A stretch of DNA of 64,000 bases from an uncultured Chloroflexia bacterium (GTDB lineage Bacteria > Chloroflexota > Chloroflexia > Thermomicrobiales > UBA6265), in assembly GCA_963724295.1 (NCBI GenBank), contig CAVRUC010000004.1:128001-192000 (forward strand). The letters run 5' to 3'. Of the stretch, positions 18,977 to 27,801 are shown piece by piece; position 1 is the stretch's first letter; each line of letters opens with the position of its first letter. The position numbers and the translations under genes are program-made. The notes below the pieces were generated by a model, which saw nothing but the letters and a program-made list of their open reading frames with translations, did no database searches and was not told where the DNA came from.

Positions 18977-20728
18977 CTATGCCTCGACCGGTGACAGGTC
19001 CGGGGCGCTCATCCACCGCCGAAGGGTCTGGCCGCCGTCGATGAGCAGCGCCGCGCCGGTGATGTGCCGCGCCTGGTCCGAGGCGAGGAAGGCGACCGCG
19101 GCGGCAACATCCTCTGGCTGGCCCACTCGACCGAGCGGAATCCGATCGGCGAATTCGGCGAAGAAGCTCGCTTCATCACCCCGCTCTTGCTGGCGAAAGC
19201 TCAGTCGCGTCTGGATGATGCCGGGACAGATGGTATTCGCCCGGATGCCATAGGGAGCGACTTGCAGGGCCAGGGATTTGGTGAGCGCTTCTACCGCCGC
19301 TTTGCTGGCCATGTAGGCGGCGCCGCCCGTGATGGTGTCGTGTCGCCCGGTCGACGAGCCCATGTTGACGATCGCCCCACCGCCGGATCGAATCAGCGCC
19401 GGGACACCGTACTTACAGCCGAGGAAGACACCGCGCACATTGATGGCGAGGACCTCCTCCCAATGATCGGCCGGCGTGTCGACGAGCGACAGGTCGCGAC
19501 TGCCCACCCCGGCGTTGTTGAACAGCACGTCGATCTGGCCGAAGTGCGCCTCGGCGGCCGCGATGGCGGCGGCAAGTGACTGCTCGTCGGCGACGTCGGC
19601 CTCCAGCGCCAGCGCGACGCGGCCCTCAGCGACAAGGTGTTCCGCCAACTGGGCCACGGCGGCGCCGTCACGATCGAGGAGAGCCAGCCTGGCGCCCTCG
19701 AGCCCAAAACGGCGCGCGGCGGCGCTGCCGAGACCACCCGCGGCGCCGGTGATGAGCACCGTGCGATCCCGGAAGCGCTGACGTTGGGAAGTCTCAGCGC
19801 TGCTCCCGCGACGCCCCTCATCCCCAACCGCCTCTCCAAGACCCTCACCCCAACCCCTCTCCCAGTGCGCTGGGAGAGGGGCTTTCGACGCCGTCACCGG
19901 CAGTTCTCCCTTCTCCCCGCTCCGAGGGGAGAAGGGCTGGGGATGAGGGGTGTTCGGGGAGAAGTGTTGCGGGTAATGGCCATCGCGCGGGGCGTTGCTC
20001 CAGCTCTGCAGCGACTGGCCGCCGTCGACGACGAGAGTGCTGCCGTTGATGTGGCGGGCATCCGAGGAGAGCAGGAACGTGATCGCGTCGACGATGTCGT
20101 CGGGACTGGCGGCCCGGCCCAACGGGATGCGACCGCGCACGTCCGGTAGCAGCGCCGGCTGTCCCGTCTCGTCGTCCTCCAGAAGACCCATGGCGACGGC
20201 GTTGACGCGAATCCCGTCGCGACCGCCAGACAATGCCAGCGAGCGCGTCAGCGCCAGCAAGCCTGCTTGACTCGCGCTGTAACCTCCGGCACCCTCGTGC
20301 GTGTCCCAGCCCGCGAGCACGGACGTCACAAAGACGATTGCCGCGTCGCCTCCAGTCATCAACGGCATCACATGGTTGCAGCCCAACATGGCGCCCTCGA
20401 CAAGGTCAGAGAACGCCGTGTCGTGGCTCTTCTGGCCGGCGCCACGCGGGCTGTCGGGACCTGCATACCCACTCACCGCGTGAATGAACGCCAGTGGAGC
20501 CACCCCGTCATCGCTCAGGCGCTCTGGAGCGCCTGCCATGTTGCAGGCTCCGGGAGCGGACCTTGGAATTCCAATCTCGGCGGCAAGGTGCGACGTGACA
20601 CCTGGCGGATCGACCGTCACGACCCGCCATCGTTCATCACGCAGCCGGGATACCAGCGCACTGCCCACTAGACTGTCGCTCCCGCAGACGATCGCAACCG
20701 GTGCGTTCGGTTCAGCTTTTGGGCTCAC
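18977..20728 (-). CDS. Tandem double short-chain dehydrogenase (SDR-SDR fusion)
   Basis: Domain 1 degenerate (CGSDSLVG, YSASQ, GIRVNAV, VDGG); domain 2 intact (TGAAGGLG, NNAG, YMASK, IDGG). Confidence 0.88.
   Translation of the reverse strand: MSPKAEPNAPVAIVCGSDSLVGSALVSRLRDERWRVVTVDPPGVTSHLAAEIGIPRSAPGACNMAGAPERLSDDGVAPLAFIHAVSGYAGPDSPRGAGQKSHDTAFSDLVEGAMLGCNHVMPLMTGGDAAIVFVTSVLAGWDTHEGAGGYSASQAGLLALTRSLALSGGRDGIRVNAVAMGLLEDDETGQPALLPDVRGRIPLGRAASPDDIVDAITFLLSSDARHINGSTLVVDGGQSLQSWSNAPRDGHYPQHFSPNTPHPQPFSPRSGEKGELPVTASKAPLPAHWERGWGEGLGEAVGDEGRRGSSAETSQRQRFRDRTVLITGAAGGLGSAAARRFGLEGARLALLDRDGAAVAQLAEHLVAEGRVALALEADVADEQSLAAAIAAAEAHFGQIDVLFNNAGVGSRDLSLVDTPADHWEEVLAINVRGVFLGCKYGVPALIRSGGGAIVNMGSSTGRHDTITGGAAYMASKAAVEALTKSLALQVAPYGIRANTICPGIIQTRLSFRQQERGDEASFFAEFADRIPLGRVGQPEDVAAAVAFLASDQARHITGAALLIDGGQTLRRWMSAPDLSPVEA
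19814..19950. repeat. Nested palindromic REP-like element (CCCTCACCCC..CTCTCCC..GGGAGAGGG type) inside the SDR linker
   Basis: 13-bp outer inverted repeat CCCCTCATCCCCA/TGGGGATGAGGGG; hairpins at 19854-19881 and 19908-19936. Confidence 0.85.
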
Positions 20729-21360
20729 TGGGCCACCGTCCCTGTTTCGCCACGCTGCAGCAAGAGCTGGCGCAGCATGACCGTCTGAATCATGGCAATT
20801 GCCGAGAAGAAGACGAGGAGGACTGGCCCGGCCAAGGCAACGGCGGCAATGGCAAGGACGAGAACGGTCACCAGCAGGGAGAGACTCGAGAGTGGGTAGC
20901 CGAGTGCCATCAGCAATGCCTCATGCATGATCTCCCACGGGCGGCTCCCCGTTCGCTCCAGCAGCAGGGGGTAGACGTACAACTGCGCGGTGATCCAGGC
21001 CAAGCCGATCAATCCAATCGGCCCGACGAGCCAGCGAAGTGGCTCGGTGCTACTCCCCGCGTAGAACACCAGCGCGACCGTGATCACCACCGTGCCGACC
21101 AGGTCGATGATCGAAAGCACGCTGCTTCGCAGCCAATACTGCCTGAGCCCATCCCAGAAATCAGCGAGGCGGGCTTCCTGGAGAGGCGAGTCGAGCTCTT
21201 CCTGGACCACGCGGCGGACGAGGTAGAAGAGACCGGCGGTAGCCGCCGGCCAGGTAACGACGAGCAGGCTCAGCAGCAGCCACAGGATGTTCGCCACCAC
21301 CAGCATGCCCAGATGTCTCCAGAACAGCCGCGAAGCAGTCGATACGCTGACCCACACCAT
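20725..21360 (-). CDS. DUF624/YesL-like membrane protein
   Basis: ANILWLLLSLLVVTWPAATAGLFY..FWDGLRQYW pattern; GGAGG RBS; typical sugar-ABC accessory. Confidence 0.8.
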   Translation of the reverse strand: MVWVSVSTASRLFWRHLGMLVVANILWLLLSLLVVTWPAATAGLFYLVRRVVQEELDSPLQEARLADFWDGLRQYWLRSSVLSIIDLVGTVVITVALVFYAGSSTEPLRWLVGPIGLIGLAWITAQLYVYPLLLERTGSRPWEIMHEALLMALGYPLSSLSLLVTVLVLAIAAVALAGPVLLVFFSAIAMIQTVMLRQLLLQRGETGTVAQ

Positions 21361-21427
21361 CGCGCGTCCTCCGGAATCGATGAGCGACGGCATGGCGGCG
21401 CGGTGGCGAGAGGTAGCCGCGAGACCT

Positions 21428-22444
21428 CTACGACGTGGCGCCGACCTGATTCGTCATGATTCGCTCTCGCGCCCACATCAAGCGACGCTGCGCTTCGACC
21501 CGCGTCTGCTCGTCGAAGATGGGGACGCCGAACTGCTCGATCGCGAAGCTCGCACTGACCGCGGCCCGGGCGCCTGCCTCTGCCGCATCCACGCCATTGC
21601 CAAGAGCGACCAGGAAGCCCCCGCAGTAGGCGTCGCCGGCGCCGGTGGTGTCGACGACAGTCGTTGGCACCGCGGGGACCATATGGATCTCCCCTGCAGC
21701 CGTTGCCACCAGCGACCCGCGGGCGCCCATGCGCAGGGCAACGATCTGCACGCCCCAGCCTAGCAGTGTCTCGATCGTCCCTTCGGCAGTGCCATGGCCG
21801 GTCATCTGACGCGCCTCGTCGAGATCGGGCGAGACGAGGTCGACCCGCGATAGCACGGCGTGAAACTCATCGCTGGTCCCGGTGAACTGGAGCGCGGTCG
21901 GCTCCCAGACTATGCAGGCAGCGGGGTTGACCGCCCGCAGCTTCTCCACTAGGTCGGCCATCTGCGTAATCGTTCCGAAGTGAAGGTGGAAGCCTTGCGC
22001 TTCGAGATAGTCTGGCGGCATCTCCTCAAATCGAGCCTCGTGGCGGTAGAAGTCTTCGATGTCGGTGCGAAAGACCTCAACCCGCCGCTCGTCCGGCTCG
22101 AACAGCTGCCAGGCGCGGGCGGTGGGATAGGCGTCTCGCTCGATCAGACCACGCAGGTCGATGCCGAGTCGCTCGAGCTGTTCCCGGTGATCCCGACTAA
22201 AGTCGGAACCGACTGCCGCGAAGTACCCCAGGCGGTCCGACCAGATCCGCATTCCCACGAGCGCGTGGGTGGCCGATCCACCGAGGGTGTTGAAGAACGT
22301 GCGACCATCGGGCAGGACGATGTCGTCGATGATCAGCCCGGAATAAGCGATGTAGTCGGGAGTCGGAGGCCGGGAGTCGGAAGTACGGACCTCCGACCTC
22401 CGACCTCCGACCTCCGACTCGCTGCTTACCGACTCGTCGCTCAC
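21428..22444 (-). CDS. PfkB family carbohydrate kinase
   Basis: IIDDI, LGGSATHA, SPDLDEA, VVDTTGAGDAYCGGF; N-terminus built from heptamer repeats. Confidence 0.9.
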   Translation of the reverse strand: MSDESVSSESEVGGRRSEVRTSDSRPPTPDYIAYSGLIIDDIVLPDGRTFFNTLGGSATHALVGMRIWSDRLGYFAAVGSDFSRDHREQLERLGIDLRGLIERDAYPTARAWQLFEPDERRVEVFRTDIEDFYRHEARFEEMPPDYLEAQGFHLHFGTITQMADLVEKLRAVNPAACIVWEPTALQFTGTSDEFHAVLSRVDLVSPDLDEARQMTGHGTAEGTIETLLGWGVQIVALRMGARGSLVATAAGEIHMVPAVPTTVVDTTGAGDAYCGGFLVALGNGVDAAEAGARAAVSASFAIEQFGVPIFDEQTRVEAQRRLMWARERIMTNQVGATS

Positions 22445-23580
22445 GGACTCACCGACTCGATGACGGCGCTATTCCGGATCGTGATCCCGGTTGGCGCGTA
22501 GGCATCAGCGAAGCCCCGGAACGGAGGCTCACTCACGGCCTGCGAGAGGTACCCCGAAAAAAGCTCTCCAGCAACGGCATAGACCATCGGGCTGAAGACC
22601 TCCGGCACGTCGCCGACCACGGGCAGCACCCACGCCGCCCCTGTCGCGATCTGTTGGTCCCCCTCGGGGACCACGGCGATCACGGTCCGTCCGATTCTGC
22701 GCATGACCTCGACCAGCTCCGCCGCCCGCCCGTGGCCGCGGCCGCTGGGGGAGATGATGAAGGTGGGTGTCTCCGGGTCGACGTTGACGAAGTACTGGAG
22801 GTGTGCCCACTCTTCAGTGTCCTGACCCATTGCGTGCCGGCCCGCTGCCTCGATCACCTTGGCCGCCGAGAAGAGCGCCGTCGCGTAGTTCGGCCCGTCA
22901 CCGACGAAGACGAAGTTGTTCTGCTCGGCAACCGCCGCGGCCAGTTCACGGGTGCGATCCTCGATGGCCGGAATGGTGGCCGCGATGGCATCAGCAGTGC
23001 TCTTCAGCTGCTCGCGCATCTGACCGGCCTGATCCTGGGTCAGCCGGCCGTTCACCTCGGCCAGGCGAATAGCCAGCAGGTAGAGCATCAGCAGCGAAAC
23101 TCGATAGGAGCGGATACCCGGGGCAGGCGCAAAATCTGGCACCGAGCAGTCCAGGACCAACTCGGCGGCTCCGCCGACCGGCGAATCGGGGTTGGCCGTG
23201 ACGGCTACGGTCAGCGCCCCGGCGTTTCGCGCCAACGAGATCGCCTCCCGAGTGCGGGCGACCGTACCGGAGACGGAGATGCCGATCGTGAGCGGATTGC
23301 GGGGGAAGAGCTTATCGAAGTGCGGGGTCCCGTAGCGGGCGGCCTGCATCGAGGTCATCGGCTCGGTCGGGATGCCGGCGATCTGCTCGAAGGCCAATTC
23401 GGCCGCCAGACCCGCCATGTGGGAGTCGCCGCAGCCCACGATCATGATCCGCTTCACCGACAGACAGTCATTGTGGTTCAGAAGCCGGCGGACACGCATG
23501 TCCAGCGTTTCAAACTCGGAGTGGATCAGCTCCGGTAGGCTCTGTACCTGGGCGATAATGTTCCTCGCATCCTGTTCCAC
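22441..23580 (-). CDS. Double-SIS domain protein (FrlB/GlmS-C/AgaS-like deglycase, deaminase or isomerase)
   Basis: GCGDSH, ISVSGTVART, VTAN..SP, FVGDGP, EEWAH; GAGGAG RBS before GTG 23580; no glutaminase domain. Confidence 0.88.
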   Translation of the reverse strand: MEQDARNIIAQVQSLPELIHSEFETLDMRVRRLLNHNDCLSVKRIMIVGCGDSHMAGLAAELAFEQIAGIPTEPMTSMQAARYGTPHFDKLFPRNPLTIGISVSGTVARTREAISLARNAGALTVAVTANPDSPVGGAAELVLDCSVPDFAPAPGIRSYRVSLLMLYLLAIRLAEVNGRLTQDQAGQMREQLKSTADAIAATIPAIEDRTRELAAAVAEQNNFVFVGDGPNYATALFSAAKVIEAAGRHAMGQDTEEWAHLQYFVNVDPETPTFIISPSGRGHGRAAELVEVMRRIGRTVIAVVPEGDQQIATGAAWVLPVVGDVPEVFSPMVYAVAGELFSGYLSQAVSEPPFRGFADAYAPTGITIRNSAVIESVSP

Positions 23581-23662
23581 GATTACTCCTCTGATTTCCT
23601 CTCGTGGGCGAAACCAGTGCCGCCCTTTCGCAAATTGCGATCGTCGTGCGTTAGACCGAGCC

Positions 23663-24625
23663 TCACGGATAGGTCGCGAGCACGTCGAGAAACATCTCCC
23701 AGAAGCGGTCGGCGTTGACCGCCACCGCCACCTCCGCATTCGGTGCTTCGCCGCGGTGGCCGTTCGGCCGCCTCGGTGACAGGTCGGGTTCACGCAGGTG
23801 CCGGGCATCGCAAAGGGTCATACCGTAGGTGTGCGTGCCGCGCAGCTCGACCGCCACGTGCATCGGCTCGAAGCGCAGCACTTCGGAGTCCACCAAGGCC
23901 GCCACGGCCAGCGGATCGTGCATCGATCCACCCGGGAGACCGCTGAGCACGCGTAACCGCTCGCTGTAGAAATCGAGCATGTCGGCTACATGGGTGCCGG
24001 TGCGGGTGCCGAGCGCGCGAACCTGCGCCCGTCGCTCAGGTGTCGCCGCCACCTGCCGCGTGACGTTGAGACCGACCATCTTGATCGGGATGCCGCTGGT
24101 GAAGACGACGTGCGCGGCCTCGGGATCGCACCAGATATTGAACTCGGCGGCCGCGGTCGAATTGCCGAAGGTCAGCGATCCTCCCATCAGGCTGATCTGC
24201 TTGACCCGCGTCGCCAGCGACGGATCACGGTGCAGCGCCGTGGCGATGTTGGTAAGCGGGCCGATGGGGACCAGCGAGAGGTCATCGCTGGTGTGCGACT
24301 CAGCGATGATGACATCCGTCGCGTGCTCCTCCGCCAGCGACACGGTCGGCGGCTCGAGCGCCGGACCATCGAGACCGGTCGCACCGTGCACCTCGGGTGC
24401 GTGGCGAACGTCGCGCACCAGTGGCCGCGCCATTCCCATCGCGATCGGAACCCCGGTCAACTCCGCGAACTCGACAGTCTGCCGGGTGTTGCGCGTCGTC
24501 TGCTCGAGGGAGGCATTGCCGAAGACCGTGGTGATCGCGCGCAGATCCAGGACGCGAGCGCCAAGGAGCAGGGCCATGACGTCGTCATGACCCGGATCGC
24601 AGTCGATGATGGCGGTTGGTCTCAC
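23663..24625 (-). CDS. Nucleoside hydrolase (IU-NH family)
   Basis: DCDPGHDD, IGPLTNIA, AEFNIWCDPEAA, MHDP. Confidence 0.95.
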   Translation of the reverse strand: MRPTAIIDCDPGHDDVMALLLGARVLDLRAITTVFGNASLEQTTRNTRQTVEFAELTGVPIAMGMARPLVRDVRHAPEVHGATGLDGPALEPPTVSLAEEHATDVIIAESHTSDDLSLVPIGPLTNIATALHRDPSLATRVKQISLMGGSLTFGNSTAAAEFNIWCDPEAAHVVFTSGIPIKMVGLNVTRQVAATPERRAQVRALGTRTGTHVADMLDFYSERLRVLSGLPGGSMHDPLAVAALVDSEVLRFEPMHVAVELRGTHTYGMTLCDARHLREPDLSPRRPNGHRGEAPNAEVAVAVNADRFWEMFLDVLATYP

Positions 24626-25581
24626 GCCTGAACCTCGCTCAGGCGTTGCCGGTAGAGCTCGAGGAAGCGCTCGCTATCGACATCGACGCAAACGTTGACG
24701 TTTGGCTCCCTCTCTCGCTGGCCGCGCCAGTCAGGGACCGTATTCCCGGCGTGATCGGGGCTGTGGTAATCGACGTCGACGTAGGCCTGCCTGGTCTCGA
24801 ACAGGGTCGGATCGATAACGTAGGCGATCGCCGAAGAGTCGTGCACGGGGAATCCGTTCAGACCCCAGCGCTTTGAGAACGACAGGTAGTGGGGGGTGAT
24901 CCTGGCGATGAAATCGGTCCAGGGGTTGTTGGCGCGACGCAGCTCCTCCAGGTACTCCGGGGTCATCATCGTCTTCTCCGTCACGTCGAGTCCGACCATC
25001 GTCAGGGGCCAGCCGGCGTGAAAGACGATGTAGGCCGATTCCGGATCGTTACGAATGTTCGCCTCGGCGACGGGCGAGGCGTTACCCGCAACATTGGCCG
25101 CGCCGCCCATGAGGACCACTTCGCGCACGTTCTCGGCGATGCGCGGCTCGGTAGCGACGGCCAGGGCAACGTTGGTCAGCGGACCCAGCGGCACGAGGGT
25201 GATCTCACCCGGATGCGCCATGATGGTGTCGATGATGAATTGCGCGGCGCGGCGCGTATCTGGCGTCCCTCGCGGCTCTGGAAACTCGGCTTCGCCCAAC
25301 CCGTTGCGGCCGTGAACTTCCCACCCTTTCCCGGTGAATGGCCGCAGCAGCGGCTTCTCCGCTCCGCGAGCGACGGGAATCTCTGGCCGACCCGCAAGCT
25401 CAGCCAGCCGCAGGGCGTTCTGCGTCGTCAGGTCGACGCCGACATTGCCGAAGACCGTGCTGAACCCCTCAATCTCGACCTCGGGCGAGGCAAAGGCCAG
25501 GAGAATCGCCATCGAGTCATCCACACCCGGGTCGGTATCGATGAGCAGACGCTTCGGTTTTCCTTCAGTCACGTGTTCCAC
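24622..25581 (-). CDS. Nucleoside hydrolase (IU-NH family)
   Basis: DTDPGVDD, LGPLTNVA, AEANIRNDPE, VHDS. Confidence 0.95.
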   Translation of the reverse strand: MEHVTEGKPKRLLIDTDPGVDDSMAILLAFASPEVEIEGFSTVFGNVGVDLTTQNALRLAELAGRPEIPVARGAEKPLLRPFTGKGWEVHGRNGLGEAEFPEPRGTPDTRRAAQFIIDTIMAHPGEITLVPLGPLTNVALAVATEPRIAENVREVVLMGGAANVAGNASPVAEANIRNDPESAYIVFHAGWPLTMVGLDVTEKTMMTPEYLEELRRANNPWTDFIARITPHYLSFSKRWGLNGFPVHDSSAIAYVIDPTLFETRQAYVDVDYHSPDHAGNTVPDWRGQREREPNVNVCVDVDSERFLELYRQRLSEVQA

Positions 25582-25672
25582 TCCCTAACATACGTCGAGG
25601 GCCGCGAGCGGTCGGTCGTAAGGTCGACGTGGCGACTACCTTCCGACTTCCGACTCCCGTCGTCCGACTCAC

Positions 25673-26608
25673 TTACCCCTTGATACCGGTAGAAGCGACC
25701 CCGCTCACGTAATAGCGCTGCAGGGCGAGGAAGATGAGGATAACGGGTATCGAAGCGAGCGCGGACCCGGCGAAGGTTCGGCCCCAATAGGTCTGCTCCT
25801 GGGTCGTTTGCGAGCTGATGACGACCTGAAGCACCTGGATCTCTTTGCTCTGGACGGCAATCAACGGCCAGTAGAAGAGATTCCAGATGAACTGGAACTC
25901 GAGCAGGGAGATGGTTACCAGACCCGGGATGGCCAGGGGGACGATGATCGTCCGCAGGACGTGTAGATAACTGGCGCCATCGAGAAGCGCGGCCTCGTCC
26001 AGCTCGTATGGAATGTCGCGAAAATATTGGATCAGGGCGAAGATGACGAACGGACTGGCGAACCAGGGGACGATCATGGCCCAGTAGCTATTTTGCAAGT
26101 TGAGATAGCGGATCACGATGTAGAGCGGCACCATCGTCACTTCAAACGGCACGAAAAGCGTAACGAGGACAAAGGCGAGCAGCCAGTTCTTTTTGGGAAA
26201 CTTCAAACGGGCAAAGAAATAGGCTCCCATCGTGTTGAAGACCAGACTCGAGATGACCACCCCGGCCGAAACGATGAACGAGTTCATCAGGTTTCGACCG
26301 AAGTTGAGTCCGGCGCGATTTCCTGCCTCGCTCAGACCGAGAATGTCACGATAGTGTGACAGCGTCCATTCGATTGGGTAGAAGGTATGCCAGCTGAGCG
26401 GGAACAGGTACTGAAAAATCTCGGTCTCCCGGCGGAGGCTGCCTAAGAACATCCAGATGAAGGGGATAAGAAAGATGAGGCTGATGACGAAAAAGAGTAC
26501 CCCGCGGAGGACCGTGATCCCACCCCGGCGGACCAGTGCTGTAGCGTCGCTCCCCGATCGTGTGGAGGGCAGAATTGCGGTGCTTCTATGTTGTTCGGCG
26601 ACGGCCAT
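25673..26608 (-). CDS. Carbohydrate ABC transporter permease (MalG-like)
   Basis: EAA loop IPYELDEAALLDGAS; WN..YWPL; ends GIKG. Confidence 0.95.
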   Translation of the reverse strand: MAVAEQHRSTAILPSTRSGSDATALVRRGGITVLRGVLFFVISLIFLIPFIWMFLGSLRRETEIFQYLFPLSWHTFYPIEWTLSHYRDILGLSEAGNRAGLNFGRNLMNSFIVSAGVVISSLVFNTMGAYFFARLKFPKKNWLLAFVLVTLFVPFEVTMVPLYIVIRYLNLQNSYWAMIVPWFASPFVIFALIQYFRDIPYELDEAALLDGASYLHVLRTIIVPLAIPGLVTISLLEFQFIWNLFYWPLIAVQSKEIQVLQVVISSQTTQEQTYWGRTFAGSALASIPVILIFLALQRYYVSGVASTGIKG

Positions 26609-26748
26609 ACGTCACGTCCTACGCCCCGAGCTCAGTCGAGAATCAGGAGATCGACAAGCAAGATAAGCCTCGAAGTCAGCGACCCGGCATCGCACGTACG
26701 GGCCCTCTTGCCTTTTCTCAGTCTCGCCCTCGCACGTCTGACTCCCGC

Positions 26749-27678
26749 CTACGTCTGCGGCCGCAGCCACCGCATCAGAAAGTAACTGATGACCACCATG
26801 ATGAGCAGCGCCACCACCGAGAGCGCGCTGGCGTAGCCCATGTCCTGGAAGCGGAACCCCTGCTGGTAGATGTAATAGACGAGCACCTTGGTTGAATCGA
26901 GTGGTCCGCCTTGGGTCATCTGATAGACCGGCACGAACACCTGGAACGAAAAGACCGCTTGAGTGACGACCACGAACATCAGGACAGGCATCAGCAGCGG
27001 AATGGTGATCCGCCGAAATGCCTCCCAGTTGTTGGCGCCATCGACCAGCGCGGCCTCGTAATACGTCTGAGGTATCGCCTTGAGGCCGGCCAGGATGATG
27101 ATCAGACTGAATCCCAGGTCTTTCCAGATCATCATCACCGTCACGGCGGGCAAGGCGCGGGTGGCGTCGGAGAGGAACGCCTGGCGCGGGATGCCGAACG
27201 CACCCAGGATGCTCTGAATCAGACCCAGTTGCGAGTGGTACATCATCGCCCAGATGATGGAGGCCACGATCACCGAGGTGACCATTGGCGTGAGAATCGC
27301 GGAGCGGACAACGCCCGCGCCAAAGGTCTCTCGCTGCAACAGGACGGCCAATGCCAGTGACAGCACGATCTGGATAGGTACTTTGTAGAGGACGAAGAGT
27401 GACGTGACCTGAAGTGATTGCCAGAAGGTGGGATCGGAGAGCATCCGCGCGTAATGATCGAGCCCAATGAAATCCCGCAGTCCCCGGAGCAGGCTGTACT
27501 CGTAAAAGCTGGCGCGGACCGAGGCGGCGATCGGAATGTAGCGGAAGACCGTGAAGTTGATCAACGCGGGCAGGATGAACAGGAAGGCGATCATCAACTG
27601 GCGGTTCCGCCAGGAGAAGATTCCCCGGGTTCTGGTCGTAGGTTGAATGGACGGCGCCGCGCTCGTGACCGTAGCCAT
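26749..27678 (-). CDS. Carbohydrate ABC transporter permease (MalF-like)
   Basis: FIGLDHY, GLKAIPQTYYEAALVDGA, TQGGP, GYASA. Confidence 0.95.
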   Translation of the reverse strand: MATVTSAAPSIQPTTRTRGIFSWRNRQLMIAFLFILPALINFTVFRYIPIAASVRASFYEYSLLRGLRDFIGLDHYARMLSDPTFWQSLQVTSLFVLYKVPIQIVLSLALAVLLQRETFGAGVVRSAILTPMVTSVIVASIIWAMMYHSQLGLIQSILGAFGIPRQAFLSDATRALPAVTVMMIWKDLGFSLIIILAGLKAIPQTYYEAALVDGANNWEAFRRITIPLLMPVLMFVVVTQAVFSFQVFVPVYQMTQGGPLDSTKVLVYYIYQQGFRFQDMGYASALSVVALLIMVVISYFLMRWLRPQT

Positions 27679-27689
27679 CGTCACCCCGA

Positions 27690-27787
27690 AGGGTGATGGG
27701 GTGTTTGGGGGGTGGGGTGATCGGTGGTGCGTCCGCGATGCGGACTCCCAAAACCTATCACCCCATGACCCTATGACCCCATCACCT
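27690..27787. repeat. Inverted arrays of GGGGTGAT-like octamers (REP-like hairpin) between SBP and permease
   Basis: gggtgatggggtg..ggggtgat versus atcaccccatgaccctatgaccccatcacc. Confidence 0.6.
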
Positions 27788-27801
27788 TCATTCGTCCTGG
27801 C

